From the IMG/VR virus record IMGVR_UViG_3300020044_007468, positions 1 to 44,704 of that record: a stretch of DNA of 44,704 bases; one strand, written 5' to 3'. The DNA comes from a virus. Its lineage: Duplodnaviria > Caudoviricetes. This document shows, one piece after another, positions 44,614-44,704 of the stretch (position 1 is the first letter of the stretch; every line of letters begins with the position of its first letter). The notes beneath the pieces were generated by a model. The model was given only the letters and a program-made list of their open reading frames with translations, was not told the DNA's origin and searched no databases. The translations under genes and the position numbers were made by a program.

Positions 44614-44704
44614 GATTGGCAGAAGCGTTATCTTCTGTGGATATAGGTTTTTGTAATTGCGGTTCGGGTACTTCTATACTTAAATCAATAGGCTTAGATA
44701 TATT

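Noticed and set aside
1-44704. Integrated prophage with host flanks
   Set aside because: No integrase, att duplication or host housekeeping context; GroEL is divergent and embedded among phage genes

Overview
The window is an AT-rich dsDNA tailed-phage genome segment, most likely a podovirus of Bacteroidota with a crAss-like (Crassvirales-type) structural block. Host assignment rests on repeated TAnnTTTG Bacteroidota sigma-70 promoters, a DUF3127 gene and a BACON-like domain. Genes diverge from a ~1.7 kb non-coding region (11651-13365). The minus-strand arm carries many small early-type ORFs (DUF3560, a RadC/JAB gene with an internal stop, a nucleotidyltransferase), a lysis cassette (holin-like gene, M15 endolysin) and an XRE HTH gene. 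The plus-strand arm carries YopX, HNH, a RepL-like gene, GroEL, two GroES-like genes, fibre/decoration genes, TerS/TerL, portal, scaffold, major capsid, tail ring and muzzle proteins, a GNAT and ejection proteins. The most notable observations are: an HNH gene that replaced the YopX 3' end and left the original end stranded downstream; several other accessory segments flanked by short direct repeats; two unannotated paralogous mini-lipoproteins; a control region with four different repeat systems, a dif-like site and a candidate sRNA; structural genes apparently on leaderless mRNAs; one domain inserted into three virion proteins; strong GATC avoidance; and an inverted final ~120 bp. All family assignments come from motif recognition by eye; no database search was run.
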